Assembly: GCA_964016885.1 (NCBI GenBank)
Contig: OZ024748.1
Span: 40,672,001-40,736,000, forward strand
Direction of reading: 5' to 3'
Source: Eledone cirrhosa
Taxonomy: Eukaryota
Length of the DNA stretch: 64,000 bases
Part shown: positions 53,401-64,000 of the stretch, in pieces
Layout of the letters: every line of letters starts with the position of its first letter
Numbering within the stretch: position 1 is the first letter of the stretch
Made by a program: the position numbers and the translations under genes
Notes under the pieces: model-generated
Database searches by the model: none
What the model was told of the DNA's origin: nothing
The model's input: the letters and a program-made list of their open reading frames with translations, nothing else

Positions 53401-55028
53401 GGCCACTAAGTTATGGTACATCAACAAAGACACAAATATAAATATGCAGACACACTTTTATCTATCAAATTTCACTCACAAGGAATTGGTCACTACCTAT
53501 GTCATTAACCCGCTCGTTACCATATTTCTAATGGAAGACACTACCTATGTCAGTAGCCCTTTCATTACCATATTTCTAATGAAAGACACTGTCTATGTCA
53601 TTAACCCTTTCATTACCATATTTCTAATGAAAGACACTACCTATGTCATTAACCCTTTCATTACCATATTTCTAATGAAAGACACTGTCTATGTCATTAA
53701 CCCTTTCATTACAATATTTCTAATAAAAGACACTACCTATGCCATTAACCCTTTCATTACCATATTTCTAATGAAAGACACTGTCTATGTCATTAACCCT
53801 TTCATTACAATATTTCTAATGAAAGACACTGTCTATGTCATTAACCCTTTCATTACCATAATGAAAGACACTATATTTCTAATTGAAAGACACTGCCTAA
53901 TATTTTCAAATCATTTTGAAAATAGTCAAGAATTTTATCTAACTAGGTGACTGGAACATAACTTAAAGGTTCTTACATAATATTAGGATGGAAGGTGTTT
54001 TGATAAATATCAGCACTTTAAAATGAAGGTTTTTATCGTATCACAGAACTAGGGGTGGTTTCATGTGTTTTGGTACCAAATTTTGATATAATTGAACTTC
54101 TGTTGATGAGTGGGGAATGAGTTGGTGTCAAAATACTTGCTTAAAAATCTGCCCGTATTTCTTACCAAATCTAGGCGCACCAAGAAAGCCACAGAATCTG
54201 CCACACACGAATTAATTGCCATTGGTGTATCAGAAGACATAGCTGATCTAGAGGCATTCAAAACTTCCCTGCTTCCTGAAATTCACCAACGCTACACCTG
54301 ATATTCCCCCTCGATACACATGCATATATCTGTGTGTATATCATAACTCATACTGTTCACTTTCCTGACTTTTGTACATTATTCGAGTTCAAATCCCGCT
54401 GAGGTTAACTTTGCCTTTCATCCTTATGGGGTCGATAAAATAAAGTACCAGTAATGCACTGGGATAATTGCTGGCCTTGTGCCAAAAGTAGAAACAATTA
54501 TTTTATATACTATACATGCACCTTTGATGAGTTGTAGTGCACCTGAGCACTGTATACAATAATTACGTTCTGAGTTCAAATCCCACCGAGGTTAACTTTT
54601 CCTTTCATCCTTACGGGGTTGATAAAATAAAGTATCAGTAATACACTGGATAATTGCTGGCCTTGTTCCAAAAGTAGAAACAATTATTATTATTAAAGGT
54701 TTAACAATAGAATGGATTAACTTTACAATGTTTTTAATGGTATTTGGAAATATTTGTTGAAATCTAAAATATTGGTCTTCCATCTTAATTCCAGGTTAAT
54801 CAAATCACAATTTCGCCCAACAACAAATGGGTGGCATCGGCTTGTACAAATGGTAACCTAAAGTTATGGAAAACTAAGAACAACTTGGAATTATTCTCCA
54901 TACAACTTAGGAATACGAGTAGTAGAATCCAATTTTCCTTGGATTTTAAATATTTTGTGGTTCTGACAACAGCTAAGAATGCCTGCATCTTCAATGTTCA
55001 CACCAAAAGAGAAATTGAGAAGTCATAA
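47220..55028 (+). CDS. NACHT and WD repeat domain-containing protein (NWD1/NWD2 family), 5'-partial; join(47220..47406,48120..48316,48904..52800,54795..55028), 1,504 aa in window
   Basis: Four exons with GT-AG boundaries splice in frame (187+197+3897+234=4515 nt). Walker A-like HAPSGIGKTS, RFLGTTP, Walker B VFILLDSLDQL, SPLYLKL, FYWYHRQF and WD40 repeats (MLKLWD, VFIWD, NLKLWK) are typical of the NWD family. NWD1 versus NWD2 orthology is not resolved. Confidence 0.88.
47675..47818 (+). repeat. 37-bp minisatellite, about 3.9 copies (TCTGTGTAACTTTACTAAAATGAAGGGTCCACTTACA), intronic
   Basis: Units start at 47675, 47712, 47749 and 47786. Confidence 0.93.
48120..48316 (+). CDS. NWD-like internal exon (VTESEMIKGL...MYVDVVESNKK)
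   Basis: T-rich tract then ataaag|TGACA, with phase 1 completing GTG; donor AAG|gtaaaa. Overlaps the ORF at 48032..48325. Confidence 0.8.
48328..48490 (+). mobile_element. Degenerate TTAACCCTTT-terminated (piggyBac-like) MITE fragment, same family as 53504-54090
   Basis: Starts TTAACCCTTTC. Shares blocks TTCTAAT..AAGA.ACTG..TA.TATTTTCAA and GGTG..TGGA.CATAACTTAA..AGGTT.TT.CATAA with 53877-53990. Confidence 0.55.
48571..48839. mobile_element. piggyBac-like non-autonomous element (MITE) with TTAA target duplication
   Basis: Left end TTAA|CCCTTTACCATTT and right end AAATGCTAAAGGG|TTAA match as inverted repeats at 16/17 including TTAA. Internal ~44-bp subterminal tandem duplication at 48720-48825. 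An extra copy of the left end lies at 48530-48546. Confidence 0.8.
48904..52800 (+). CDS. NWD-like large exon (3,897 bp, 1,299 codons): NACHT NTPase, helical/winged-helix region, most WD40 repeats
   Basis: Acceptor tttctatcaacag|AAA and donor GCT|gtaagt. Corresponds to the 1312-aa ORF 48931..52869. Walker A at ~49279-49302, Walker B at ~49549-49575. Confidence 0.93.
52918..53080 (-). mobile_element. 3' end of an RTE-clade (Rex3/Expander-like) LINE, degenerate
   Basis: The minus strand translates in pieces as AKWLDNIHEL / GIQPDQLVMVAA / WKECLRTLPP*PSQE*, resembling the RTE ORF C-terminus (RWRDYISRLAWERLGIPPEEL...VWASLLRLLPPRP, from memory). It ends in a GAA-rich tail. Confidence 0.55.
53076..53145 (+). 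mobile_element. Degenerate, internally deleted SINE fragment (same family as 54385/54572)
   Basis: GGTCAACTTTACCTTTTATCTTTCTGAGGCTGATAAAATAAAGTA..TGGCCTT aligns with the 54385 copy. Confidence 0.65.
53160..53290 (-). mobile_element. 3' end of a second RTE-type LINE/SINE with (GAT)n tail
   Basis: Minus strand gives TWAEVVRD...KWRDVVLRRTRP, then ...TAAAACGATGATGATGAT. A short-repeat tail is typical of RTE elements. Confidence 0.5.
53491..53895 (+). repeat. 48-bp minisatellite, about 8 copies (CACT[AC/GT]CTATGTCATTAACCCTTTCATTACCATATTTCTAATGAAAGA)
   Basis: Units start at 53491, 53539, 53587, 53635, 53683, 53731, 53779 and 53827. It explains the spurious 211-aa ORF at 53315..53950. Confidence 0.95.
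53840..54090 (+). mobile_element. Body of a TTAACCCTTT-type MITE whose left end is amplified in the 48-bp array
   Basis: Homologous to the 48328 fragment. The right end is degenerate. Confidence 0.5.
54250..54563 (+). mobile_element. Probable LINE 3' end (ORF2 tail AFKTSLLPEIHQRYT* plus 3'UTR), interrupted by a SINE fragment at 54385-54502
   Basis: Recalled similarity to a common octopus repeat ending GTGCACCTGAGCACTGTATACAATAAT. Not verified by search. Confidence 0.4.
54385..54502 (+). mobile_element. 5'-truncated tRNA-derived SINE, copy 1
   Basis: Pol III B-box-like GAGTTCAAATCCC, conserved core GCCTTTCATCCTT..GGGGTCGATAAAATAAAGTACCAGT, and an ATT-type tail. Confidence 0.75.
54572..54694 (+). 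mobile_element. 5'-truncated tRNA-derived SINE, copy 2
   Basis: Near-identical to copy 1, offset by 187 bp, with an (ATT)n tail. Confidence 0.75.
54795..55028 (+). CDS. NWD-like terminal coding exon (VNQITISPNNKWVASACTNGNLKLWK...EIEKS*)
   Basis: Acceptor cttaattccag|GTT. Joined to the preceding exon it gives KHEAA|VNQITISPNNKWVASACTNGNLKLWK, a textbook WD40 repeat. Stop TAA at 55026-55028. Confidence 0.88.
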   Translation, partial: VNQITISPNNKWVASACTNGNLKLWKTKNNLELFSIQLRNTSSRIQFSLDFKYFVVLTTAKNACIFNVHTKREIEKS

Positions 55029-55165
55029 ACATTACCTAGGAGAGGCAGCTGTAAAGTTCATAAGTTGACTATGAAGGAGTGATGCTAGGGCTGTGAAATC
55101 TTGCATGCATTAATTTGAACCCTTATTAATAACTACATTGTTTCTGTCCAGGGACTATGTTGAAA

Positions 55166-55494
55166 AATAAATCTCATTTGGTCATTCCATGAGAGTATGA
55201 ACTTTTCAGTTGACTCTCGTTTCTATAAGATGCTGAAACATTAGTTTTGTCAACAAGTTATCAATGCAGACATTTAGAAGCAAACGTGTGTGTGTGTATG
55301 TGTGTGCAACATTTATGTACAAGGTCAACTTTCCCTTCAAACTGCTGGCCTTGTGCGAAATGTAGAAATAAATTTTTTTTTTTCCATATGTAAGATTGTA
55401 AGCCTCAACGTGAAAACTTAAAACAAATGTAACTATATTTTGTTATTCTCTTTGTACAGAGAAAAATATAGTAGTACAGCACATGTAAAATAAA
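55166..55494 (+). terminator. Candidate polyadenylation signals (AATAAA at 55166-55171 and 55489-55494)
   Basis: Canonical hexamers downstream of the stop codon. The second is followed by a T/GT-rich stretch. Which one is used cannot be determined. Confidence 0.4.
55286..55382 (+). mobile_element. (TG)n microsatellite plus SINE 3' remnant in or near the 3'UTR
   Basis: AAGGTCAACTTTCCCTTC..CTGCTGGCCTTGTGCGAAATGTAGAAATAAAT matches the start and end of the 54385 SINE. Confidence 0.55.
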
Positions 55495-55556
55495 TTGAAA
55501 ATTTCCAGCACCTACCTATTATATCTTTTGTTTAAAATGTTGGTATAGAGTCTAAC

Positions 55557-58500
55557 AACCTTCAGGTGCTCCTTTGTAGACTGATTGGCAGCACACAACC
55601 TTCAGGTGCTCCTTTGTAGACTGATTGGCACCACACCATCCTTCAGGTGCTCCTTTGTAGACTGATTGGCAGAACACCATCCTTCAGGTGCTCCTTTGTA
55701 GACTGATTGGCACCACACCATCCTTCAGGTGCTCCTTTGTAGACTGATTGGCAGCACACCAACCTTCAGGTGCTCCTTTGTAGACTGATTGGCAGAACAC
55801 CATCCTTCAGGTGCTCCTTTGTAGACTGATTGGCACCACACCATCCTTCAGGTGCTCCTTTGTAGACTGATTGGCAGAACACCATCCTTCAGGTGCTCCT
55901 TTGTAGACTGATTGGCACCACACCATCCTTCAGGTGCTCCTTTGTAGACTGATTGGCAGCACACCAACCTTCAGGTGCTCCTTTGTAGACTGATTGGCAG
56001 AACACCATCCTTCAGGTGCTCCTTTGTAGACTGATTGGCAGCACACCAACCTTCAGGTGCTCCTTTGTAGACTGATTGGCAGAACACCATCCTTCAGGTG
56101 CTCCTTTGTAGACTGATTGGCAGAACACCATCCTTCAGGTGCTCCTTTGTAGACTGATTGGCAGAACACCATCCTTCAGGTGCTCCTTTGTAGACTGATT
56201 GGCACCACACCATCCTTCAGGTGCTCCTTTGTAGACTGATTGGCACCACACCATCCTTCAGGTGCTCCTTTGTAGACTGATTGGCAGCACACCATCCTTC
56301 AGGTGCTCCTTTGTAGACTGATTGGCACCACACCATCCTTCAGGTGCTCCTTTGTAGACTGATTGGCAGAACACCATCCTTCAGGTGCTCCTTTGTAGAC
56401 TGATTGGCAGAACACCATCCTTCAGGTGCTCCTTTGTAGACTGATTGGCAGCACACCATCCTTCAGGTGCTCCTTTGTAGACTGATTGGCACCACACCAA
56501 CCTTCAGGTGCTCCTTTGTAGACTGATTGGCACCACACCATCCTTCAGGTGCTCCTTTGTAGACTGATTGGCAGCACACCTACCTTCAGGTGCTCCTTTG
56601 TAGAATGATTGGCACCACACCTACCTTCAGGTGCTCCTTTGTAGACTGATTGGCACCACACCATCCTTCAGGTGCTCCTTTGTAGACTGATTGGCACCAC
56701 ACCATCCTTCAGGTGCTCTTTTGTAGACTGATTGGCACCACACCTACCTTCAGGTGCTCCTTTGTAGACTGATTGGCAGCACACCTACCTTCAGGTGCTC
56801 CTTTGTAGACTGATTGGCACCACACCATCCTTCAGGTGCTCCTTTGTAGACTGATTGGCACCACACCATCCTTCAGGTGCTCCTTTGTAGACTGATTGGC
56901 ACCACACCTACCTTCAGGTGCTCCTTTGTAGACTGATTGGCAGCACACCTACCTTCAGGTGCTCCTTTGTAGACTGATTGGCACCACACCTACCTTCAGG
57001 TGCTCCTTTGTAGACTGATTGGCACCACACCATCCTTCAGGTGCTCCTTTGTAAACTGATTGGCACCACACCATCCTTCAGGTGCTCCTTTGTAGACTGA
57101 TTGGCAGCACACCATCCTTCAGGTGCTCCTTTGTAGACTGATTGGCAGAACACCATCCTTCAGGTGCTCCTTTGTAGACTGATTGGCACCACACCATCCT
57201 TCAGGTGCTCCTTTGTAGACTGATTGGCACCACACCATCCTTCAGGTCCTCCTTTGTAGACTGATTGGCAGCACACCAACCTTCAGGTGCTCCTTTGTAG
57301 ACTGATTGGCAGCACACCATCCTTCAGGTGCTCCTTTGTAGACTGATTGGCACCACACCAACCTTCAGGTGCTCCTTTGTAGACTGATTGGCAGCACACC
57401 ATCCTTCAGGTGCTCCTTTGTAGACTGATTGGCAGAACACCATCCTTCAGGTGCTCCTTTGTAGACTGATTGGCAGAACACCATCCTTCAGGTGCTCCTT
57501 TGTAGACTGATTGGCAGCACACCATCCTTCAGGTGCTCCTTTGTAGACTGATTGGCACCACACCAACCTTCAGGTGCTCCTTTGTAGACTGATTGGCAGC
57601 ACACCATCCTTCAGGTGCTCCTTTGTAGACTGATTGGCAGCACACCATCCTTCAGGTGCTCCTTTGTAGACTGATTGGCAGAACACCATCCTTCAGGTGC
57701 TCCTTTGTAGACTGATTGGCAGAACACCATCCTTCAGGTGCTCCTTTGTAGACTGATTGGCAGAACACCATCCTTCAGGTGCTCCTTTGTAGACTGATTG
57801 GCAGAACACCATCCTTCAGGTGCTCCTTTGTAGACTGATTGGCACCACACCATCCTTCAGGTGCTCCGTTGTAGACTGATTGGCACCACAACAACCTTCA
57901 GGTGCTCCTTTGTAGACTGATTGGCACAACACCATCCTTCAGGTGCTCCTTTGTAGACTGATTGGCAGCACACCATCCTTCAGGTGCTCCTTTGTAGACT
58001 GATTGGCACCCCACCATCCTTCAGGTGCTCCTTTGTAGACTGATTGGCAGAACACCATCCTTCAGGTGCTCCTTTGTAGACTGATTGGCAGAACACCATC
58101 CTTCAGGTGCTCCTTTGTAGACTGATTGGCAGCACACCATCCTTCAGGTGCTCCTTTGTAGACTGATTGGCACCACACCAACCTTCAGGTGCTCCTTTGT
58201 AGACTGATTGGCACCACACCATCCTTCAGGTGCTCCTTTGTAGACTGATTGGCAGCACACCTACCTTCAGGTGCTCCTTTGTAGACTGATTGGCACCACA
58301 CCATCCTTCAGGTGCTCCTTTGTAGACTGATTGGCACCACACCTACCTTCAGGTGCTCCTTTGTAGACTGATTGGCACCACACCAACCTTCAGGTGCTCC
58401 TTTGTAGACTGATTGGCACCACACCTACCTTCAGGTGCTCCTTTGTAGACTGATTGGCACCACACCATCCTTCAGGTGCTCCTTTGTAGACTGATTGGCA

Positions 58501-61500
58501 GCACACCATCCTTCAGGTGCTCCTTTGTAGACTGATTGGCACCACACCATCCTTCAGGTGCTCCTTTGTAGACTGATTGCCAGCACACCATCCTTCAGGT
58601 GCTCCTTTGTAGACTGATTGGCAGAACACCATCCTTCAGGTGCTCCTTTGTAGACTGATTGGCACCACACCATCCTTCAGGTGCTCCTTTGTAGACTGAT
58701 TGGCACCACACCATCCTTCAGGTCCTCCTTTGTAGACTGATTGGCAGCACACCAACCTTCAGGTGCTCCTTTGTAGACTGATTGGCAGCACACCTACCTT
58801 CAGGTGCTCCTTTGTAGACTGATTGGCAGCACACCATCCTTCAGGTGCTCCTTTGTAGACTGATTGGCACCACACCAACCTTCAGGTGCTCCTTTGTAGA
58901 CTGATTGGCAGCACACCATCCTTCAGGTGCTCCTTTGTAGACTGATTGGCAGCACACCATCCTTCAGGTGCTCCTTTGTAGACTGATTGGCAGAACACCA
59001 TCCTTCAGGTGCTCCTTTGTAGACTGATTGGCACCACACCATCCTTCAGGTGCTCCGTTGTAGACTGATTGGCACCACAACAACCTTCAGGTGCTCCTTT
59101 GTAGACTGATTGGCACCACACCATCCTTCAGGTGCTCCTTTGTAGACTGATTGGCAGCACACCTACCTTCAGGTGCTCCTTTGTAGACTGATTGGCACCA
59201 CACCTACCTTCAGGTGCTCCTTTGTAGACTGATTGGCACCACACCATCCTTCAGGTGCTCCTTTGTAAACTGATTGGCACCACACCATCCTTCAGGTGCT
59301 CCTTTGTAGACTGATTGGCAGCACACCATCCTTCAGGTGCTCCTTTGTAGACTGATTGGCAGAACACCATCCTTCAGGTGCTCCTTTGTAGACTGATTGG
59401 CACCACACCATCCTTCAGGTGCTCCTTTGTAGACTGATTGGCACCACACCATCCTTCAGGTCCTCCTTTGTAGACTGATTGGCAGCACACCAACCTTCAG
59501 GTGCTCCTTTGTAGACTGATTGGCAGCACACCATCCTTCAGGTGCTCCTTTGTAGACTGATTGGCACCACACCAACCTTCAGGTGCTCCTTTGTAGACTG
59601 ATTGGCAGCACACCATCCTTCAGGTGCTCCTTTGTAGACTGATTGGCAGAACACCATCCTTCAGGTGCTCCTTTGTAGACTGATTGGCAGAACACCATCC
59701 TTCAGGTGCTCCTTTGTAGACTGATTGGCAGCACACCATCCTTCAGGTGCTCCTTTGTAGACTGATTGGCACCACACCAACCTTCAGGTGCTCCTTTGTA
59801 GACTGATTGGCAGCACACCATCCTTCAGGTGCTCCTTTGTAGACTGATTGGCAGCACACCATCCTTCAGGTGCTCCTTTGTAGACTGATTGGCAGAACAC
59901 CATCCTTCAGGTGCTCCTTTGTAGACTGATTGGCAGAACACCATCCTTCAGGTGCTCCTTTGTAGACTGATTGGCAGAACACCATCCTTCAGGTGCTCCT
60001 TTGTAGACTGATTGGCAGAACACCATCCTTCAGGTGCTCCTTTGTAGACTGATTGGCACCACACCATCCTTCAGGTGCTCCTTTGTAGACTGATTGGCAG
60101 CACACCATCCTTCAGGTGCTCCTTTGTAGACTGATTGGCACCACACCATCCTTCAGGTGCTCCTTTGTAGACTGATTGGCAGAACACCATCCTTCAGGTG
60201 CTCCTTTGTAGACTGATTGGCAGAACACCATCCTTCAGGTGCTCCTTTGTAGACTGATTGGCAGCACACCATCCTTCAGGTGCTCCTTTGTAGACTGATT
60301 GGCACCACACCAACCTTCAGGTGCTCCTTTGTAGACTGATTGGCACCACACCATCCTTCAGGTGCTCCTTTGTAGACTGATTGGCAGCACACCTACCTTC
60401 AGGTGCTCCTTTGTAGACTGATTGGCACCACACCATCCTTCAGGTGCTCCTTTGTAGACTGATTGGCACCACACCTACCTTCAGGTGCTCCTTTGTAGAC
60501 TGATTGGCACCACACCAACCTTCAGGTGCTCCTTTGTAGACTGATTGGCACCACACCTACCTTCAGGTGCTCCTTTTTAGACTGATTGGCACCACACCAT
60601 CCTTCAGGTGCTCCTTTGTAGACTGATTGGCAGCACACCATCCTTCAGGTGCTCCTTTGTAGACTGATTGGCACCACACCATCCTTCAGGTGCTCCTTTG
60701 TAGACTGATTGCCAGCACACCATCCTTCAGGTGCTCCTTTGTAGACTGATTGGCAGAACACCATCCTTCAGGTGCTCCTTTGTAGACTGATTGGCACCAC
60801 ACCATCCTTCAGGTGCTCCTTTGTAGACTGATTGGCACCACACCATCCTTCAGGTCCTCCTTTGTAGACTGATTGGCAGCACACCAACCTTCAGGTGCTC
60901 CTTTGTAGACTGATTGGCAGCACACCTACATTCAGGTGCTCCTTTGTAGACTGATTGGCAGCACACCATCCTTCAGGTGCTCCTTTGTAGACTGATTGGC
61001 ACCACACCAACCTTCAGGTGCTCCTTTGTAGACTGATTGGCAGCACACCATCCTTCAGGTGCTCCTTTGTAGACTGATTGGCAGCACACCATCCTTCAGG
61101 TGCTCCTTTGTAGACTGATTGGCAGAACACCATCCTTCAGGTGCTCCTTTGTAGACTGATTGGCACCACACCATCCTTCAGTTGCTCCGTTGTAGACTGA
61201 TTGGCACCACAACAACCTTCAGGTGCTCCTTTGTAGACTGATTGGCACCACACCATCCTTCAGGTGCTCCGTTGTAGACTGATTGGCACCACAACAACCT
61301 TCAGGTGCTCCTTTGTAGACTGATTGGCACCACACCATCCTTCAGGTGCTCCTTTGTAGACTGATTGGCAGCACACCATCCTTCAGGTCCTCCTTTGTAG
61401 ACTGATTGGCACCACACCATCCTTCAGGTGCTCCTTTGTAGACTGATTGGCACCACACCAACCTTCAGGTGCTCCTTTGTAGACTGATTGGCAGCACACC

Positions 61501-64000
61501 ATCCTTCAGGTGCTCCTTTGTAGACTGATTGGCAGAACACCATCCTTCAGGTGCTCCTTTGTAGACTGATTGGCAGAACACCATCCTTCAGGTGCTCCTT
61601 TGTAGACTGATTGGCAGCACACCATCCTTCAGGTGCTCCTTTGTAGACTGATTGGCACCACACCAACCTTCAGGTGCTCCTTTGTAGACTGATTGGCAGC
61701 ACACCATCCTTCAGGTGCTCCTTTGTAGACTGATTGGCAGCACACCATCCTTCAGGTGCTCCTTTGTAGACTGATTGGCAGAACACCATCCTTCAGGTGC
61801 TCCTTTGTAGACTGATTGGCAGAACACCATCCTTCAGGTGCTCCTTTGTAGACTGATTGGCAGAACACCATCCTTCAGGTGCTCCTTTGTAGACTGATTG
61901 GCAGAACACCATCCTTCAGGTGCTCCTTTGTAGACTGATTGGCACCACACCATCCTTCAGGTGCTCCGTTGTAGACTGATTGGCACCACAACAACCTTCA
62001 GGTGCTCCTTTGTAGACTGATTGGCACAACACCATCCTTCAGGTGCTCCTTTGTAGACTGATTGGCAGCACACCATCCTTCAGGTGCTCCTTTGTAGACT
62101 GATTGGCAGAACACCATCCTTCAGGTGCTCCTTTGTAGACTGATTGGCAGAACACCATCCTTCAGGTGCTCCTTTGTAGACTGATTGGCAGAACACCATC
62201 CTTCAGGTGCTCCTTTGTAGACTGATTGGCAGCACACCATCCTTCAGGTGCTCCTTTGTAGACTGATTGGCACCACACCAACCTTCAGGTGCTCCTTTGT
62301 AGACTGATTGGCACCACACCATCCTTCAGGTGCTCCTTTGTAGACTGATTGGCAGCACACCTACCTTCAGGTGCTCCTTTGTAGACTGATTGGCACCACA
62401 CCATCCTTCAGGTGCTCCTTTGTAGACTGATTGGCACCACACCTACCTTCAGGTGCTCCTTTGTAGACTGATTGGCACCACACCAACCTTCAGGTGCTCC
62501 TTTGTAGACTGATTGGCACCACACCTACCTTCAGGTGCTCCTTTGTAGACTGATTGGCACCACACCATCCTTCAGGTGCTCCTTTGTAGACTGATTGGCA
62601 GCACACCATCCTTCAGGTGCTCCTTTGTAGACTGATTGGCACCACACCATCCTTCAGGTGCTCCTTTGTAGACTGATTGCCAGCACACCATCCTTCAGGT
62701 GCTCCTTTGTAGACTGATTGGCAGAACACCATCCTTCAGGTGCTCCTTTGTAGACTGATTGGCACCACACCATCCTTCAGGTGCTCCTTTGTAGACTGAT
62801 TGGCACCACACCATCCTTCAGGTCCTCCTTTGTAGACTGATTGGCAGCACACCAACCTTCAGGTGCTCCTTTGTAGACTGATTGGCAGCACACCATCCTT
62901 CAGGTGCTCCTTTGTAGACTGATTGGCACCACACCAACCTTCAGGTGCTCCTTTGTAGACTGATTGGCAGAACACCATCCTTCAGGTGCTCCTTTGTAGA
63001 CTGATTGGCAGCACACCATCCTTCAGGTGCTCCTTTGTAGACTGATTGGCAGCACACCATCCTTCAGGTGCTCCTTTGTAGACTGATTGGCAGCACACCA
63101 TCCTTCAGGTGCTCCTTTGTAGACTGATTGGCAGAACACCATCCTTCAGGTGCTCCTTTGTAGACTGATTGGCACCACACCATCCTTCAGGTGCTCCGTT
63201 GTAGACTGATTGGCACCACAACAACCTTCAGGTGCTCCTTTGTAGACTGATTGGCACCACACCATCCTTCAGGTGCTCCTTTGTAGACTGATTGGCAGCA
63301 CACCTACCTTCAGGTGCTCCTTTGTAGACTGATTGGCACCACACCTACCTTCAGGTGCTCCTTTGTAGACTGATTGGCACCACACCATCCTTCAGGTGCT
63401 CCTTTGTAAACTGATTGGCACCACACCATCCTTCAGGTGCTCCTTTGTAGACTGATTGGCAGCACACCATCCTTCAGGTGCTCCTTTGTAGACTGATTGG
63501 CAGAACACCATCCTTCAGGTGCTCCTTTGTAGACTGATTGGCACCACACCATCCTTCAGGTGCTCCTTTGTAGACTGATTGGCACCACACCATCCTTCAG
63601 GTCCTCCTTTGTAGACTGATTGGCAGCACACCAACCTTCAGGTGCTCCTTTGTAGACTGATTGGCAGCACACCATCCTTCAGGTGCTCCTTTGTAGACTG
63701 ATTGGCACCACACCAACCTTCAGGTGCTCCTTTGTAGACTGATTGGCAGCACACCATCCTTCAGGTGCTCCTTTGTAGACTGATTGGCACCACACCAACC
63801 TTCAGGTGCTCCTTTGTAGACTGATTGGCAGCACACCATCCTTCAGGTGCTCCTTTGTAGACTGATTGGCAGCACACCATCCTTCAGGTGCTCCTTTGTA
63901 GACTGATTGGCAGAACACCATCCTTCAGGTGCTCCTTTGTAGACTGATTGGCAGAACACCATCCTTCAGGTGCTCCTTTGTAGACTGATTGGCAGAACAC
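55557..64000 (+). repeat. 41-bp tandem satellite array, about 206 copies, truncated by the right edge; consensus CCTTCAGGTGCTCCTTTGTAGACTGATTGGCA[CC/GC/GA]ACACC[AT/AA/TA]
   Basis: The monomer is directly visible. Same phase at 55681, 58141, 60601 and 63061 (steps of 60x41). The first unit is 40 bp. Confidence 0.99.

Noticed and set aside
53315-53950. 211-aa hydrophobic repeat ORF
   Set aside because: Translation of the 48-bp intronic minisatellite; GTG start and no independent support.
54385-54400. tRNA gene (B-box GTTCAAATCCC)
   Set aside because: No A-box or cloverleaf; it is part of a SINE.
47053-54994. Short minus-strand and alternative-frame ORFs in the track
   Set aside because: They are antisense shadows of NWD exons or lie in transposon remnants, and show no recognisable motifs.
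55317-55331. ACAAGGTCAACT shared by the SINE remnant and the 39-mer, suggesting a SINE origin for the satellite
   Set aside because: Only a ~12-bp match with no extension; insufficient evidence.
55557-64000. CRISPR array with short spacers
   Set aside because: The variable block takes only a handful of related states; these are satellite variants, not spacers.

Overview
Eukaryotic (animal) genomic DNA. The interspersed repeats resemble, from memory, octopus/cephalopod SINE, MITE and LINE families; this is an inference, not a search result. About 86% of the window is two unrelated satellite arrays: a 39-bp array (1-~46,870, about 1,200 copies, running off the left edge) and a 41-bp array (~55,557-64,000, about 206 copies, running off the right edge). 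Between them is an ~8.7-kb AT-rich island holding the last four coding exons (47220-47406, 48120-48316, 48904-52800, 54795-55028; 1,504 aa, + strand) of an NWD1/NWD2-family NACHT + WD40 STAND NTPase gene. The first visible exon starts mid-protein at a splice acceptor, so the 39-bp satellite probably lies inside one >47-kb intron. The 39-bp monomer is built from nuclear-receptor half-sites (IR1-like GAGTCA-c-TGAMCT overlapping ER6 TGAMCT-n6-AGGTCA), keeps its register over 1,200 units, and shows nested duplications. The introns carry piggyBac-like MITEs, a minisatellite that appears to come from a MITE end, SINE fragments and LINE 3' ends. There is no CRISPR array or prokaryotic feature. All functional interpretations are hypotheses.
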